Positions 32,451 through 42,379 of a stretch of DNA of 64,000 nt are shown here, in pieces (position 1 is the stretch's first letter; the number at the start of each line of letters is the position of its first letter). Both the position numbers and the translations under genes were made by a program. The DNA is from Candidatus Moraniibacteriota bacterium. Its GTDB lineage: Bacteria > Patescibacteriota > Minisyncoccia > Moranbacterales > UBA1568. Where the stretch lies: NCBI GenBank assembly GCA_052035095.1, contig JBPOHW010000007.1:65705-129704 (forward strand), given 5' to 3'. The notes below the pieces were generated by a model. That model was not told the DNA's origin, made no database searches, and saw only the letters and a program-made list of their open reading frames with translations.

Positions 32451-33977
32451 ATGCCTGCCAAACTGTTTTCCGCCGCGACTCTGGGACTCGAGAGCGAACT
32501 CGTCGAAGTCGAAGTGGATGCCTTCAATACCGGTATGCACCACTTCACCGTGGTGGGGCTTCCGGACACCACCATCAAGGAATCTCGCGATCGCGTCTCT
32601 TCCGCCATCAAAAATAGCGGTTTCCTCCCGCCACACCGCTTCGGCAGGATCACGGTGAATCTCGCCCCCGCCGATCTCCCCAAGAATACCCCAGTCTACG
32701 ACGTACCCATGGCCCTGGGATTTCTCTTGGCGACCGAACAGCTCTCTTTTGATTTCCGCGACAAGCTCTTCGTCGGCGAGCTCTCCTTGGACGGCAAAGT
32801 CCGTCCCATAAGCGGCGTCCTCCCGATCGCCCTCCTCGCCAAGCGCTTTGGCTTCGCCGAGCTCTATGTGCCCGAGAAAAACGCTGACGAAGCCTCCATG
32901 GTACAAGGCATCCGCATCGTTCCGATTACCTCACTCTTTGACACGGCGCAACACCTCGCAAACATTCGAAATATCGCCCCACATCCGGATATCGACATGG
33001 CGTCACTCTTCCGAGAAGAGTCCTTCCTCCTCGATATGAAAGACGTCCGCGGCCAAGAACACGCGAAGCGCGCCCTCGAAATCGCCGCCGCGGGCGGTCA
33101 CAATATCCTGATGAGCGGTCCCCCGGGAAGCGGCAAAACCGTCCTTGCCAAAACCCTCCCCTCAATCCTCCCCAAGCTCAATTTCGAAGAAAGCATAGAA
33201 ATCACCAAAATTTTCTCGATCGCCGGGTTCTTGACGCGCGGAAACACTCTCGTCACCACGCGCCCCTTCCGCTCGCCCCACCACAGCGCCTCGGCGGTTT
33301 CTTTGGTCGGCGGCGGTTCCTTCCCCAAGCCCGGCGAAATCAGCCTCGCCCACCGTGGAGTCCTCTTCCTCGATGAATTCGGTGAGTTCTCCAAAAGTGT
33401 CCTCGAAAACCTGCGGCAGCCCCTCGAAGACGGCCACATCACGGTCTCCCGCGCCAAGGGCTCCCTTCACTTCCCGGCACGCTTTATTCTTGTCGCCGCG
33501 ATGAATCCCTGCCCCTGCGGCAACTTGGGCGATCCCGAGCGCCTCTGCTCCTGCTCGCCCCGCGAAACCGCGCGCTACAAGACACGAATTTCCGGCCCCA
33601 TTATGGACCGGATCGACCTTCACATCGAAGTCCCGCACGTCCCCTTCGACAAACTCGAAGCCCCGGGCGACTCCGAAAAGAGCCTCGACATCCGCGCGCG
33701 CGTCGAGCGTGCTCGCGCTATTCAGCGCGCGCGTTTTGCCGGGAAAAACATCTTTACCAATGCCGAAATGAACTCCGCGCTCCTCCGCGAGCTCTGCCCC
33801 CTCGACCAAGCCGGCAAAGACCTCCTGCGCCAAGCTGTCTCCTCTATGCGCCTCTCCGCCCGCGCCTACTACCGCCTCATCAAACTCGCCCGCACCATCG
33901 CCGACCTCGAAGAGGGGGACTGCATCCTCCCCAAACACCTCGCCGAAGCCGTCCAGTACCGGTTCAAAACGGAGTAG
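32451..33977 (+). CDS. comM: YifB/ComM-family Mg-chelatase-like AAA+ ATPase
   Basis: 508 aa; N-terminal Lon-like domain, Walker A GPPGSGKT, Walker B VLFLDEF, C-terminal ChlI domain. Confidence 0.9.
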   Translation: MPAKLFSAATLGLESELVEVEVDAFNTGMHHFTVVGLPDTTIKESRDRVSSAIKNSGFLPPHRFGRITVNLAPADLPKNTPVYDVPMALGFLLATEQLSFDFRDKLFVGELSLDGKVRPISGVLPIALLAKRFGFAELYVPEKNADEASMVQGIRIVPITSLFDTAQHLANIRNIAPHPDIDMASLFREESFLLDMKDVRGQEHAKRALEIAAAGGHNILMSGPPGSGKTVLAKTLPSILPKLNFEESIEITKIFSIAGFLTRGNTLVTTRPFRSPHHSASAVSLVGGGSFPKPGEISLAHRGVLFLDEFGEFSKSVLENLRQPLEDGHITVSRAKGSLHFPARFILVAAMNPCPCGNLGDPERLCSCSPRETARYKTRISGPIMDRIDLHIEVPHVPFDKLEAPGDSEKSLDIRARVERARAIQRARFAGKNIFTNAEMNSALLRELCPLDQAGKDLLRQAVSSMRLSARAYYRLIKLARTIADLEEGDCILPKHLAEAVQYRFKTE

Positions 33978-34019
33978 GGAAACAAGCATCTATCAAGAGC
34001 CACTGTCAAAACATCATCA

Positions 34020-35015
34020 TTGACGTCACTCTCATTTCCAAGGCACAATGAGTGGGTGGCGAACATTTTTTCCAAAAGAGTGGTGCGGGTTTCATTCGGC
34101 GCCGTCGGGGTCGGCGGGGCTCTCTTTTTCTTGTTTCCCGAGGAGAAAGCCGCAAAGACCGCGCCCGCGCCGCAAGACTTTCCGGTTCATGTTGCCGTTC
34201 AAGGCTTGTCCCTGCCGGAAAAAGCAAAGCGCGGCGAAACGGTGGAGGCTTTCCTCAAACGAGTCGGTGTCTCTTTCGGTGAACATGACCTCTTGTCGCC
34301 ATCCAGAGAAACGCTCCTCGCACCCAACGCGCGTATCATGCTTTCTCCTGCCAAAAAATATTCCATAAAAACCAAAGAAGGGAAGAAAGAAGGGGAAACG
34401 ACACTCCGCACCATAGGGCAACTCCTCGACGAAGAGGGGATATCCGTCGGGAAGCACGATCTCGTCACGCCGGAGCCGGAGAAAGCTTTAACTGACGGCG
34501 TCAAAATATCCATCATCGCGGTGGACATCAGGGAAGACGTCACGAAAAAGCCCATTCCTTTTGAAACGAAAGAAACCGAAGATCCGAAGCTCTCGTGGCG
34601 CAAACGCGTGGTAACTCAAAAAGGCGAGAAGGGAAGCAGAGAATTTACCTATGAGGTTATTTCGCATGACGGGAAAATCATCAAAAAAACCCTCCAAAAA
34701 AGCGTCGTCGTGAAAGAACCCATCACGGAAATCGTGACCCAAGGCACCAAGGTGGAAGTCGGCAAAAAACACACGGGGCTCGGCTCATGGTATCGCTTCA
34801 CCGGGACGCTCTCGGCGGCAAACCCCTGGCTCCCGATCGGAAGCCATGTCCGCGTCACCAATGAAGCAAACGGCAAATCCGTCATCGTCCGCATCAATGA
34901 CCGCGGCCCCTTTGGCCCCAATCGCATCATCGACCTCGACGCCGTCGCTTTCGAGAAAATCGCCAGTCTCGGCGCCGGCATCATCGAAGTCAAAATGGAA
35001 GAAATCACGAATTAG
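34020..35015 (+). CDS. membrane-anchored G5-domain + RlpA-like double-psi beta-barrel (DPBB) protein
   Basis: N-terminal TM; G5-like segment (RKRVVTQKGEKGSREFTYEV..); C-terminal RlpA signature GLGSWY..LPIGSHVRVTNEANGKSVIVRINDRGPF; non-ATG (TTG) start likely. Confidence 0.65.
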   Translation: MTSLSFPRHNEWVANIFSKRVVRVSFGAVGVGGALFFLFPEEKAAKTAPAPQDFPVHVAVQGLSLPEKAKRGETVEAFLKRVGVSFGEHDLLSPSRETLLAPNARIMLSPAKKYSIKTKEGKKEGETTLRTIGQLLDEEGISVGKHDLVTPEPEKALTDGVKISIIAVDIREDVTKKPIPFETKETEDPKLSWRKRVVTQKGEKGSREFTYEVISHDGKIIKKTLQKSVVVKEPITEIVTQGTKVEVGKKHTGLGSWYRFTGTLSAANPWLPIGSHVRVTNEANGKSVIVRINDRGPFGPNRIIDLDAVAFEKIASLGAGIIEVKMEEITN

Positions 35016-35022
35016 AAGAGAA

Positions 35023-35147
35023 GCACCAAATTCAAAATTACAAGCTCCAAATAAGCACCAAATCACAAAAAACAAATGGGAAATGTTTTGCTTGAGTTTG
35101 AATATTGAAATTTGAGATTTATTTGGAACTTGTAATTTTGAATTTGG
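35023..35147. repeat. MITE-like AT-rich element, family A, copy 2
   Basis: see 32238-32368; lies directly upstream of rsmA. Confidence 0.75.
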
Positions 35148-35162
35148 AATTTTTTCTTTCAT

Positions 35163-36005
35163 ATGTTTCCAAAAAAATCCTTCAGTCAAAACTTTCTCCG
35201 CGACGAATCCGTCATAGAGCGCATTGCCCGAGAGGGAAGCGCGGATTCTTTTGACTGGATCGTGGAAATCGGCGCCGGAGAAGGCGTGCTCACGGAAAAG
35301 CTCGCCAAGAGAGCAAAAAACGTCATCGCGCTCGAATTCGACCGCGACCTCATCCCGGGACTTCTCAAAAAATTTCCGCTCTCCTCCAATGTATCCATCA
35401 TAGAAACCGATATCCTCCGCACCGATATTCCAAAACTACTTGCACAAAAAGGGTTTCAGCTCCAATCAAAGGAATCAAGAAAATCAAGCGAATCAAGGTC
35501 GGAATCGTGGTCGGTGTTTGGCAACATCCCCTACGCCATCACCGGAAAAATCATCCGCCTCCTCGTCGCGCTCGACCCCGCGCCCGATGCAATTATTCTC
35601 ATGGTCCAAAAGGAAGTCGCCGAGCGTATCGTCGGGAAAGACGGAAAGCAGAGCCTCCTCTCCCTCGCGGTCGCGCTCTTTGGCACTTCGGAAATACTTT
35701 TCTCCGTTTCCAAAGACGCCTTTTTCCCCGCACCGCAGGTTGAAAGCGCCATCATCCGTATCACGCCCGATAAAAATAGGCTTCCAAATGAAGAACGAGA
35801 ACGAATTCTTCGTCTCGCCAAAATCGGCTTTGCTTCCAAGCGCAAAACCCTCGCCAATAACTTTGCCGCCCACCGAGAATATTCGAAAGAGGCGATTGAA
35901 ACTTTCCTCGCGCGCATCGGAAAAAACAAAAACGCCCGCGCGGAAGAGTTGTCACCGAAAGAATGGATACAATTCTTCTCGTTAAAATCCGCGAAACGAC
36001 TGTAG
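35163..36005 (+). CDS. rsmA: 16S rRNA (adenine1518/1519-N6)-dimethyltransferase RsmA/KsgA with a Ser/Arg-rich insertion
   Basis: FSQNFL.. N-terminus, SAM motif IVEIGAGEGVLTEKL; about 25-aa low-complexity insert (..SKESRKSSESRSES..). Confidence 0.9.
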   Translation: MFPKKSFSQNFLRDESVIERIAREGSADSFDWIVEIGAGEGVLTEKLAKRAKNVIALEFDRDLIPGLLKKFPLSSNVSIIETDILRTDIPKLLAQKGFQLQSKESRKSSESRSESWSVFGNIPYAITGKIIRLLVALDPAPDAIILMVQKEVAERIVGKDGKQSLLSLAVALFGTSEILFSVSKDAFFPAPQVESAIIRITPDKNRLPNEERERILRLAKIGFASKRKTLANNFAAHREYSKEAIETFLARIGKNKNARAEELSPKEWIQFFSLKSAKRL

Positions 36006-36043
36006 AGACGCAAAATTTTGCGTCTCTACACACTGGCACATGC

Positions 36044-37672
36044 CTACAAAAGTACTCCTACCGCCCAGAAACCATAAGCGCTCGCCAATCCCAATATCCA
36101 CCACAACACCGACCGGTAGGTAAGCCTGCCGGTTTTTGCTTGCATCAGAGAGACTGCCCAGAAAGACGCGCCCCCAAAAAGCAGCGCCGGAACAAAAAGT
36201 GCCGGCGCGCGAAACACGAAGACGCTCGCGAGATAAGAAAAAAATATTCCGGCGCCAATCGCGAGCTTGGCGCGTTCGACGCCAAGAACAACCGGCAATG
36301 TCCACACGCCATCTTTCGCGTCGCCTTCGATATCCTTGAAGTCCTTAAGCGGAATCGAGACTGCGTACGCAAAAAGAAACAGGAAGACGAGCGATACCGG
36401 GAGTGTCGTAAGCGTCCCATCAGGAGAGAGTGTCGTAAATCCGAGAAACACAATCAAGACACTCGCGACAGCGCTCACGCAGGAAGCAACAACCGGAAAG
36501 CGTTTGAGACGAAAGGGTGGCGACGAATATCCCCACGCAATTGCCTGATAGAGGAGGAGGAACAGCGCCCCTTTCATAGAGACCAGCGCCGCGAAAAGAA
36601 GGGAGGTCGCGAAAAATCCCGCGCCAATTGCCGCAAACATCGAACGAGCAATCGCGCCCGACGGAAGCGGTCGCGCCGGATTTGTCTCGCAATCGATAGC
36701 GGTATCAAAACAATCATTCGGCACGACCGACGCAAGCCACGCCGACACGACCGCGACGACCAAGAGTGCAATCGCCAGTATGTCAAAAAGACCAAAAGAA
36801 AGCTTCGGGTGGGAGAAAATCACCGCAAGCCCCATACCGACAAAGAGGAGTCCCGCGTGATACACCGCCTGCGGCAAGCGCGCGTTCCGGAAGAGCGCGA
36901 GAAACACCGTTCGATGACGCCACAAAAGCCATATTCCCAGCACGCAAGGAAGTAACGTCGCGTACACGAGACTCATTTTGACATTCAAAAGAGAGCGCGG
37001 ATCCACGAGGTCGCGAGAAAAGAACGAGAGCGGCGACAGAAACACTCCCGCCACATCCGGAGCGCGAAGCATCCACCGCCCATCGGAAATCCCGAGAACC
37101 ACCATTGCCGCCCACGAAGGGAACGTGCCGAGGAAAAAAAGCAGTGTATACGAGGAAAGCCCGGCACAAAAGGCGCGAAGGTATTGTTTTGTTTTCAAAA
37201 AAACATAATAGCCGAAAAAAATCGTGACGAGCGCCACCTCGACCCGCACGCCATAGGTAATTCCCATATCCGGTCGATCGCCAAAAAACGTGAAGTACCG
37301 AGAGACGAGCCCAAAAAACCCGTCAAAAATATAGAAACTCCACAATCCCTTCCCATCCGACACGAGAAAATCAATAACGGGCGGCAAAAGAATGACCAAA
37401 AATCCGAAAAGAAGCATATTCGACGCGACCGAGAGCGACACGCGCGCGAAATATTGAAAGAGAGGCAAAAAGAGCAGAAACGAGAGGAGAAAAAAGAGAA
37501 AATTATGCGTAAATTCGTACCAGAGAAACAGCGCCGGTCGAGACTCAAACCCAAAGAGCCACGACTCCACCAAAAGCCGCGAAAGAATCAGGCACAGAAA
37601 CGCCACCATCCACAAGCCAAGGCTCGTTTTTGAAGTTTCAATCGAAAAAAGAATACGGCGAAGAATGTTCAT
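36044..37672 (-). CDS. large polytopic membrane protein with C-terminal UbiA-family prenyltransferase-like domain
   Basis: 542 aa; C-terminal half carries ND..D.AID and RPLPSG UbiA motifs; N-terminal about 270 aa extra multi-TM domain. Confidence 0.55.
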   Translation of the reverse strand: MNILRRILFSIETSKTSLGLWMVAFLCLILSRLLVESWLFGFESRPALFLWYEFTHNFLFFLLSFLLFLPLFQYFARVSLSVASNMLLFGFLVILLPPVIDFLVSDGKGLWSFYIFDGFFGLVSRYFTFFGDRPDMGITYGVRVEVALVTIFFGYYVFLKTKQYLRAFCAGLSSYTLLFFLGTFPSWAAMVVLGISDGRWMLRAPDVAGVFLSPLSFFSRDLVDPRSLLNVKMSLVYATLLPCVLGIWLLWRHRTVFLALFRNARLPQAVYHAGLLFVGMGLAVIFSHPKLSFGLFDILAIALLVVAVVSAWLASVVPNDCFDTAIDCETNPARPLPSGAIARSMFAAIGAGFFATSLLFAALVSMKGALFLLLYQAIAWGYSSPPFRLKRFPVVASCVSAVASVLIVFLGFTTLSPDGTLTTLPVSLVFLFLFAYAVSIPLKDFKDIEGDAKDGVWTLPVVLGVERAKLAIGAGIFFSYLASVFVFRAPALFVPALLFGGASFWAVSLMQAKTGRLTYRSVLWWILGLASAYGFWAVGVLL

Positions 37673-37736
37673 ACGAAAAGCATAGCAAACTCAACAGCCC
37701 TCGCGCAATTTTTGGCAATCATATAGAGTAGGGTGT

Positions 37737-39974
37737 ATGAGTAGCCTTGATACAAACCTCAATCCCGAACAACGGCGCGCGGTCGAAACCGTCGAGGGTC
37801 CGGTCCTCATCGTCGCGGGCGCCGGAAGCGGGAAGACCAAAACTCTGACCCACCGCGTCGCCTACCTTATGCAAAAAAAAGGGATTCGCGCGAGAAACAT
37901 CCTCGCCGTCACCTTCACTAACAAAGCCGCCGAGGAGATGCGGACAAGGGTGATGACACTCTTGTCCGCAGTCAGTAGTCAGCAGTCAGCAATGAGTAAA
38001 ACGCTCACTCCTTACTCCTCACTACCAACTACTTTGCCGCATATCGGCACCTTTCATAGCATTTGCGCGCGAATTCTCCGCAAAGACATCGCCGCCTTGG
38101 GATACAAGCCCACCTTTACCATTCTCGACAGCGACGATCAGCTCTCTCTCATGAAGCGCGTGATGAAATCGCTCGAAATTGATCCCAAAAACATTCATCC
38201 GCGCGCGCTCCTCGACACCGTTTCCCGCGCCAAAAACCAACTCGTCGACGAGCTCGTCTTCGAATCCCAAGCGGGGAGTCACTTCGAAGAGTTGGTCGCC
38301 AAAGCCTACCGGCGTTACCAAGAAGAGCTCCGCGGCAATCACGCGCTCGACTTCGACGATCTCCTGGGACTGACCATCCGCCTCTTCCGTGAATATCCCG
38401 AGACACTGGAGCGCTACCGCGCGCTCTTTCGCTATATTTTGGTCGACGAATATCAAGATACCAACCATTCACAGTATACGCTCATTCACCTCCTCGCCGA
38501 ACGCCATCGGAACCTCTTCGCGATCGGCGACGACTATCAGTCCATCTATGGCTGGCGTCAGGCGGATATCCGCAATATCTTGAACTTCGAAAAGGACTAC
38601 CCCGAAGCGACCATCGTCACGCTCGACCAAAACTATCGCTCAACCCAAGTCATTCTCGACGCCGCCGGCACCGTCATCGCCCAAAACCCCAACCAACGCC
38701 ACAAAAAACTCTGGACCGCGAAAACAGGTGGCGAACTCCTCACGGTTTTTGAGGCGGAGGACGAGCAAGAAGAGTCCGAATACGTCGTCCGCACCATTCA
38801 ATCATTCGCCGCAAAGAAACAGCGACGCTTTTCGGATTTCGCCGTGCTCTACCGCACCAATGCCCAGTCCCGCGCGCTCGAAGAAACCTGCCTCAAACAT
38901 TCTCTCCCCTACAAAATCGTCGGCGGCCTCAAATTTTACCAACGCAAAGAAATCAAAGACGCCGTTTCCTACCTGCGCCTCGTCGCCAATAATTGGGATA
39001 CCCTCTCTCTCGCCCGAATCGTGAACGAGCCGTCACGCGGCATCGGCAAAAAAAGTCTTGTTTCGTGGCTTGATACGGCGAAAACCGCGCAAACCGACCC
39101 GATTGCACTCGCGCGCGAAGATGACGGGAAACGGCTCGCCCTCGCCCCAAGCAAGCAAAAGTCCGCTGCGCGCTTCGCTAAAACCATATGTGAATACACA
39201 CAAAAACTTCCCCAAGAAGGCGTCCTCTCCTCATTTCTCCGCGAACTCTTGGAAACCGTCGGGTATCTGAAATCACTCGACGACGGCACCGATGAAGGGA
39301 AAATCCGCCTCGAAAATGTGCAAGAGCTCTTTTCCGTCACCAAAAAATATGACACCATCTCGCTCGAACACGCGACGACGCTCTTTCTCGAAGAGATTTC
39401 CCTCGTTTCGGACACGGACGCGCTCGACGAGCAAGCGAATGTCGTCCACCTAATGACGCTCCACAGCGCCAAGGGCCTCGAATTTCCCTTCGTCTTCATC
39501 GTGGGACTCGAAGAGGGCATCTTCCCGCATTCGAGAAGCGCGCTCTCGCCCGCCGAGCTCGAAGAAGAACGCCGCCTGATGTATGTGGGGCTCACTCGCG
39601 CCAAAGAAAAAGCATGGCTCGTCTCGGCGGAAACCCGTATGATATTCGGTTCGACGCAAATGAATGCCCCCTCGCGCTTCATTTCCGAAATCCCCGAACA
39701 CCTTGTGGAATACGAAGAATGGAAAAAGGGCAGAGAAAACAGCGAATTTTCCGATAGCTCATTAAACCGATCCACTTCTTCCAAAAAACAATCTTCCTTC
39801 GAAACCCGCAAAAAAGCGAAGTCTGACACCCTCCGCCCGGGCGATTCCGTCGCGCACCCCACTTTTGGAAACGGCGTCGTCATCAAAATCGAAGGCACCC
39901 TCGCAACAATAGCCTTCCGCACCAAGGGCATCAAAAAACTCGCCTTGGGGATCGCACCACTTGAAAGAACATAA
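37737..39974 (+). CDS. pcrA: ATP-dependent DNA helicase PcrA/UvrD
   Basis: 745 aa; Walker A AGAGSGKT, helicase motifs throughout, low-complexity insertion near residue 80. Confidence 0.95.
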   Translation: MSSLDTNLNPEQRRAVETVEGPVLIVAGAGSGKTKTLTHRVAYLMQKKGIRARNILAVTFTNKAAEEMRTRVMTLLSAVSSQQSAMSKTLTPYSSLPTTLPHIGTFHSICARILRKDIAALGYKPTFTILDSDDQLSLMKRVMKSLEIDPKNIHPRALLDTVSRAKNQLVDELVFESQAGSHFEELVAKAYRRYQEELRGNHALDFDDLLGLTIRLFREYPETLERYRALFRYILVDEYQDTNHSQYTLIHLLAERHRNLFAIGDDYQSIYGWRQADIRNILNFEKDYPEATIVTLDQNYRSTQVILDAAGTVIAQNPNQRHKKLWTAKTGGELLTVFEAEDEQEESEYVVRTIQSFAAKKQRRFSDFAVLYRTNAQSRALEETCLKHSLPYKIVGGLKFYQRKEIKDAVSYLRLVANNWDTLSLARIVNEPSRGIGKKSLVSWLDTAKTAQTDPIALAREDDGKRLALAPSKQKSAARFAKTICEYTQKLPQEGVLSSFLRELLETVGYLKSLDDGTDEGKIRLENVQELFSVTKKYDTISLEHATTLFLEEISLVSDTDALDEQANVVHLMTLHSAKGLEFPFVFIVGLEEGIFPHSRSALSPAELEEERRLMYVGLTRAKEKAWLVSAETRMIFGSTQMNAPSRFISEIPEHLVEYEEWKKGRENSEFSDSSLNRSTSSKKQSSFETRKKAKSDTLRPGDSVAHPTFGNGVVIKIEGTLATIAFRTKGIKKLALGIAPLERT

Positions 39975-40017
39975 AATATGAAAAGGAGAATATGGAACGG
40001 GAAGCATTTCCAATTCT

Positions 40018-40974
40018 TCATTCCGCATTCTCCATTCCTCTGCCCTTCCCATGAAATTTCTCATGCACTTCGCGAAGTCCTTCGTCGGTTACGTGGGTGT
40101 AAATCTGCGTCGTCGTGATGGATGAGTGCCCGAGGAGCGCCTGGACGCTTCGAATATCGGCGCCGTTTCGCAAGAGATCGGTCGCGAAGCTATGCCGGAG
40201 TGTATGCGGATGAACCGACTTCATAATGCCGGCTTTGGTCGCGAGACGCGCCACAATGCGTTCGACCGTCCTTACCGTGATACGGAGATCATCGCGCGCT
40301 GTTTTCCGGGTGAAACCCTTGGTCGTTGAAACAAAAAGTGCCGGGTCGATGTCTTTCCTCACCTCGAGATACGAAGAAATCACCGCGCGCGCCCGATCAG
40401 AAACAAAAACCATTCGTACCTTGCCGCCCTTGCCGCGCACACTAAACTCGCCGGTTTCGAGATTGACCGACTCCCGATCGAGACCAACCAATTCCGAAAC
40501 GCGAAGTCCCGATGAAAAAAGGAGTTCGAGGAGCGCGCGATCCCGACAAGCAACTTCGCTTTTCCCTTCCGCCACGGCAAAAAGCCGCTCCAATTCTTCC
40601 GGTTCCAAAAAATCCACCTGCCGCTCAGGCACCTTTGCCATTTCGATTCGCTCCGGCTCCGCCGAGGCGATTCCCTCTTTCGCGAGGTAGCGCAGGAACC
40701 CCCGAAGGACGATGCCGTGATAATTTTGGGTGATTTTCTTGAGTTCACCGCCTCGGACAGTTTGTTTCCGATTCAAAAAAATCCGATATTTTCGAATCAT
40801 GTCAAGGGTAATGTCTTTCGGGTCTTGAATTTTCCCGAAACGGAAGAAATCGCGGAGCACCCGGTCATAACTCTCGACCGTTTTGGGTGAACGACCCCGT
40901 TCTATCTCCACATATTCGAGAAATTTCATCAGACAAGCGGCGATGGTCGGCATACGAAGAAAAAGAAAAAACAA
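40018..40974 (-). CDS. tyrosine site-specific recombinase, XerC/XerD family
   Basis: C-terminal catalytic motifs ..RHSFATDLL.. and LLGHSSITTTQIYTHV. Confidence 0.85.
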   Translation of the reverse strand: MFFLFLRMPTIAACLMKFLEYVEIERGRSPKTVESYDRVLRDFFRFGKIQDPKDITLDMIRKYRIFLNRKQTVRGGELKKITQNYHGIVLRGFLRYLAKEGIASAEPERIEMAKVPERQVDFLEPEELERLFAVAEGKSEVACRDRALLELLFSSGLRVSELVGLDRESVNLETGEFSVRGKGGKVRMVFVSDRARAVISSYLEVRKDIDPALFVSTTKGFTRKTARDDLRITVRTVERIVARLATKAGIMKSVHPHTLRHSFATDLLRNGADIRSVQALLGHSSITTTQIYTHVTDEGLREVHEKFHGKGRGMENAE

Positions 40975-41058
40975 CCGTCACTCCGTGAGTATACCACAGT
41001 TTTAGCCTCTCAGAGAAGCCTCAAGAAAACCAAATTTGACAAAAAGAGCCAAAAAATT

Positions 41059-41087
41059 ATTGACAAGAAACTCCGGCTTCCCTATAC
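41059..41087 (+). promoter_or_regulatory. strong sigma70-like promoter TTGACA-17-TATACT upstream of LysM-CHAP gene
   Basis: read directly; followed by about 180-nt leader containing a GC hairpin + T-run (ctcggggggctattttgtttttt). Confidence 0.5.
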
Positions 41088-41269
41088 TCAACCTTGCGTA
41101 AAAATCTTCAGTTTCGTCCTCGATGACCCGTCCGTTTCTTTGAGACCGGTCTAGACGACGAAGCCATTGAAAGGACCAGCGTATCTCAACGCGCATTCTC
41201 GGGGGGCTATTTTGTTTTTTCCGACGAGCCAAAACACTCGCGAGAAAAAGCAACACTACGATTCACCGA

Positions 41270-42379
41270 TTGCAGAGAAAATGTGTTGTTTGCTTTAAAC
41301 AACACAAAACTGTTCGAGTTCTTCATCTGTTCCGTCAATATTCAGCGCTCACCGTTGTCGTATCGAGCGCTTTTTTGGTAACCGGAACCAATATCGCCTC
41401 ACAGGAAAAGCCGGGGGGTATTCTTTCCGGCTATTTCCATACCCAAAACACCGCCGTTCCGGAAGCGAAGTTCGCTCACAAAGAAGAAAAGAAAGAAAGC
41501 CTCTCACTCGTGCCGCTTGCGGTCGCTTCAAATACCGTCGATCCGGACGCAAAACTCGAAGACCCCTCTGTCATCGCAAACCCCAGCCTCATCATCGCCT
41601 CTTCCGACCTCTCTCCGGTGATCCAAAAAGACCCGGAAGAAGAAGGTGGCGTCACTATCTACACCGTTCTCGAAGGCGATACCGTAAGCGGCATCGCTCA
41701 AAAGCACTCCATCACCACCAACACCATTCTCTGGGCAAACGACCTCGCCAATGTGGATGAAATTCGTCCGGGCGACCAAATCTTCATTCTTCCGGTTGCC
41801 GGACTCAAGCACATCGTCGCGGAGGGCGACACCATAGAGAGTATCGCCAAAAAATACAAGGGAGACAAAGATCGCATCATCGCCTTCAACGAGCTTCCGG
41901 CAAATGGACGTCTTGAAACAGGCGAGGAGATCATCATTCCCGACGGCTCCAAGGAAATTCCAACACCGCCCGCTTCCGGTGGCATTCTGGATCGGCGCCA
42001 ATACGCAACCTCAACCGGCGGCACCGCGACCGATATTTCCGGTTGGCGCACCCCCGAAGGCAAAGCCGGCACCGGACACAAGTTTCCCTACGGCTACTGC
42101 ACCTGGTACGTCGCCTCAAAGCGCTATGTCCCCTGGGGCGGCAATGCCGGTACCTGGCTCTACAACGCGAAGTCCCTCGGATACAAAACCGGAAAAACAC
42201 CCCGCGTAGGAAGCATTGTCGTCACTACCGAAAACCGCTACTACGGCCACGTCGCCCTCGTCGAGAAGGTTTCAGGCGGCGAAATCACCGTGAGTGAAAT
42301 GAACTATGTCGGCTGGAGCAAAACCAATCGCCGCACCCTCTCCGCGAGTAGCCGAAGTATTAAGGGATATATATATTAA
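41270..42379 (+). CDS. secreted peptidoglycan hydrolase: two LysM domains + C-terminal CHAP domain
   Basis: LysM repeats (YTVLEGDTVSGIAQKH.., HIVAEGDTIESIAKKY..), CHAP Cys/His (..GYCTWYV.., ..YYGHVALV..). Confidence 0.85.
   Translation: MQRKCVVCFKQHKTVRVLHLFRQYSALTVVVSSAFLVTGTNIASQEKPGGILSGYFHTQNTAVPEAKFAHKEEKKESLSLVPLAVASNTVDPDAKLEDPSVIANPSLIIASSDLSPVIQKDPEEEGGVTIYTVLEGDTVSGIAQKHSITTNTILWANDLANVDEIRPGDQIFILPVAGLKHIVAEGDTIESIAKKYKGDKDRIIAFNELPANGRLETGEEIIIPDGSKEIPTPPASGGILDRRQYATSTGGTATDISGWRTPEGKAGTGHKFPYGYCTWYVASKRYVPWGGNAGTWLYNAKSLGYKTGKTPRVGSIVVTTENRYYGHVALVEKVSGGEITVSEMNYVGWSKTNRRTLSASSRSIKGYIY

Noticed and set aside
33162-33989. 275-aa minus-strand ORF inside comM
   Set aside because: Shadow ORF
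35963-36955. 330-aa Arg/Lys-rich plus-strand ORF
   Set aside because: Antisense of the UbiA-like membrane protein gene; extreme Arg bias typical of out-of-frame GC-rich translation
38969-40021. 350-aa minus-strand ORF inside pcrA
   Set aside because: Shadow ORF opposite an unambiguous helicase gene
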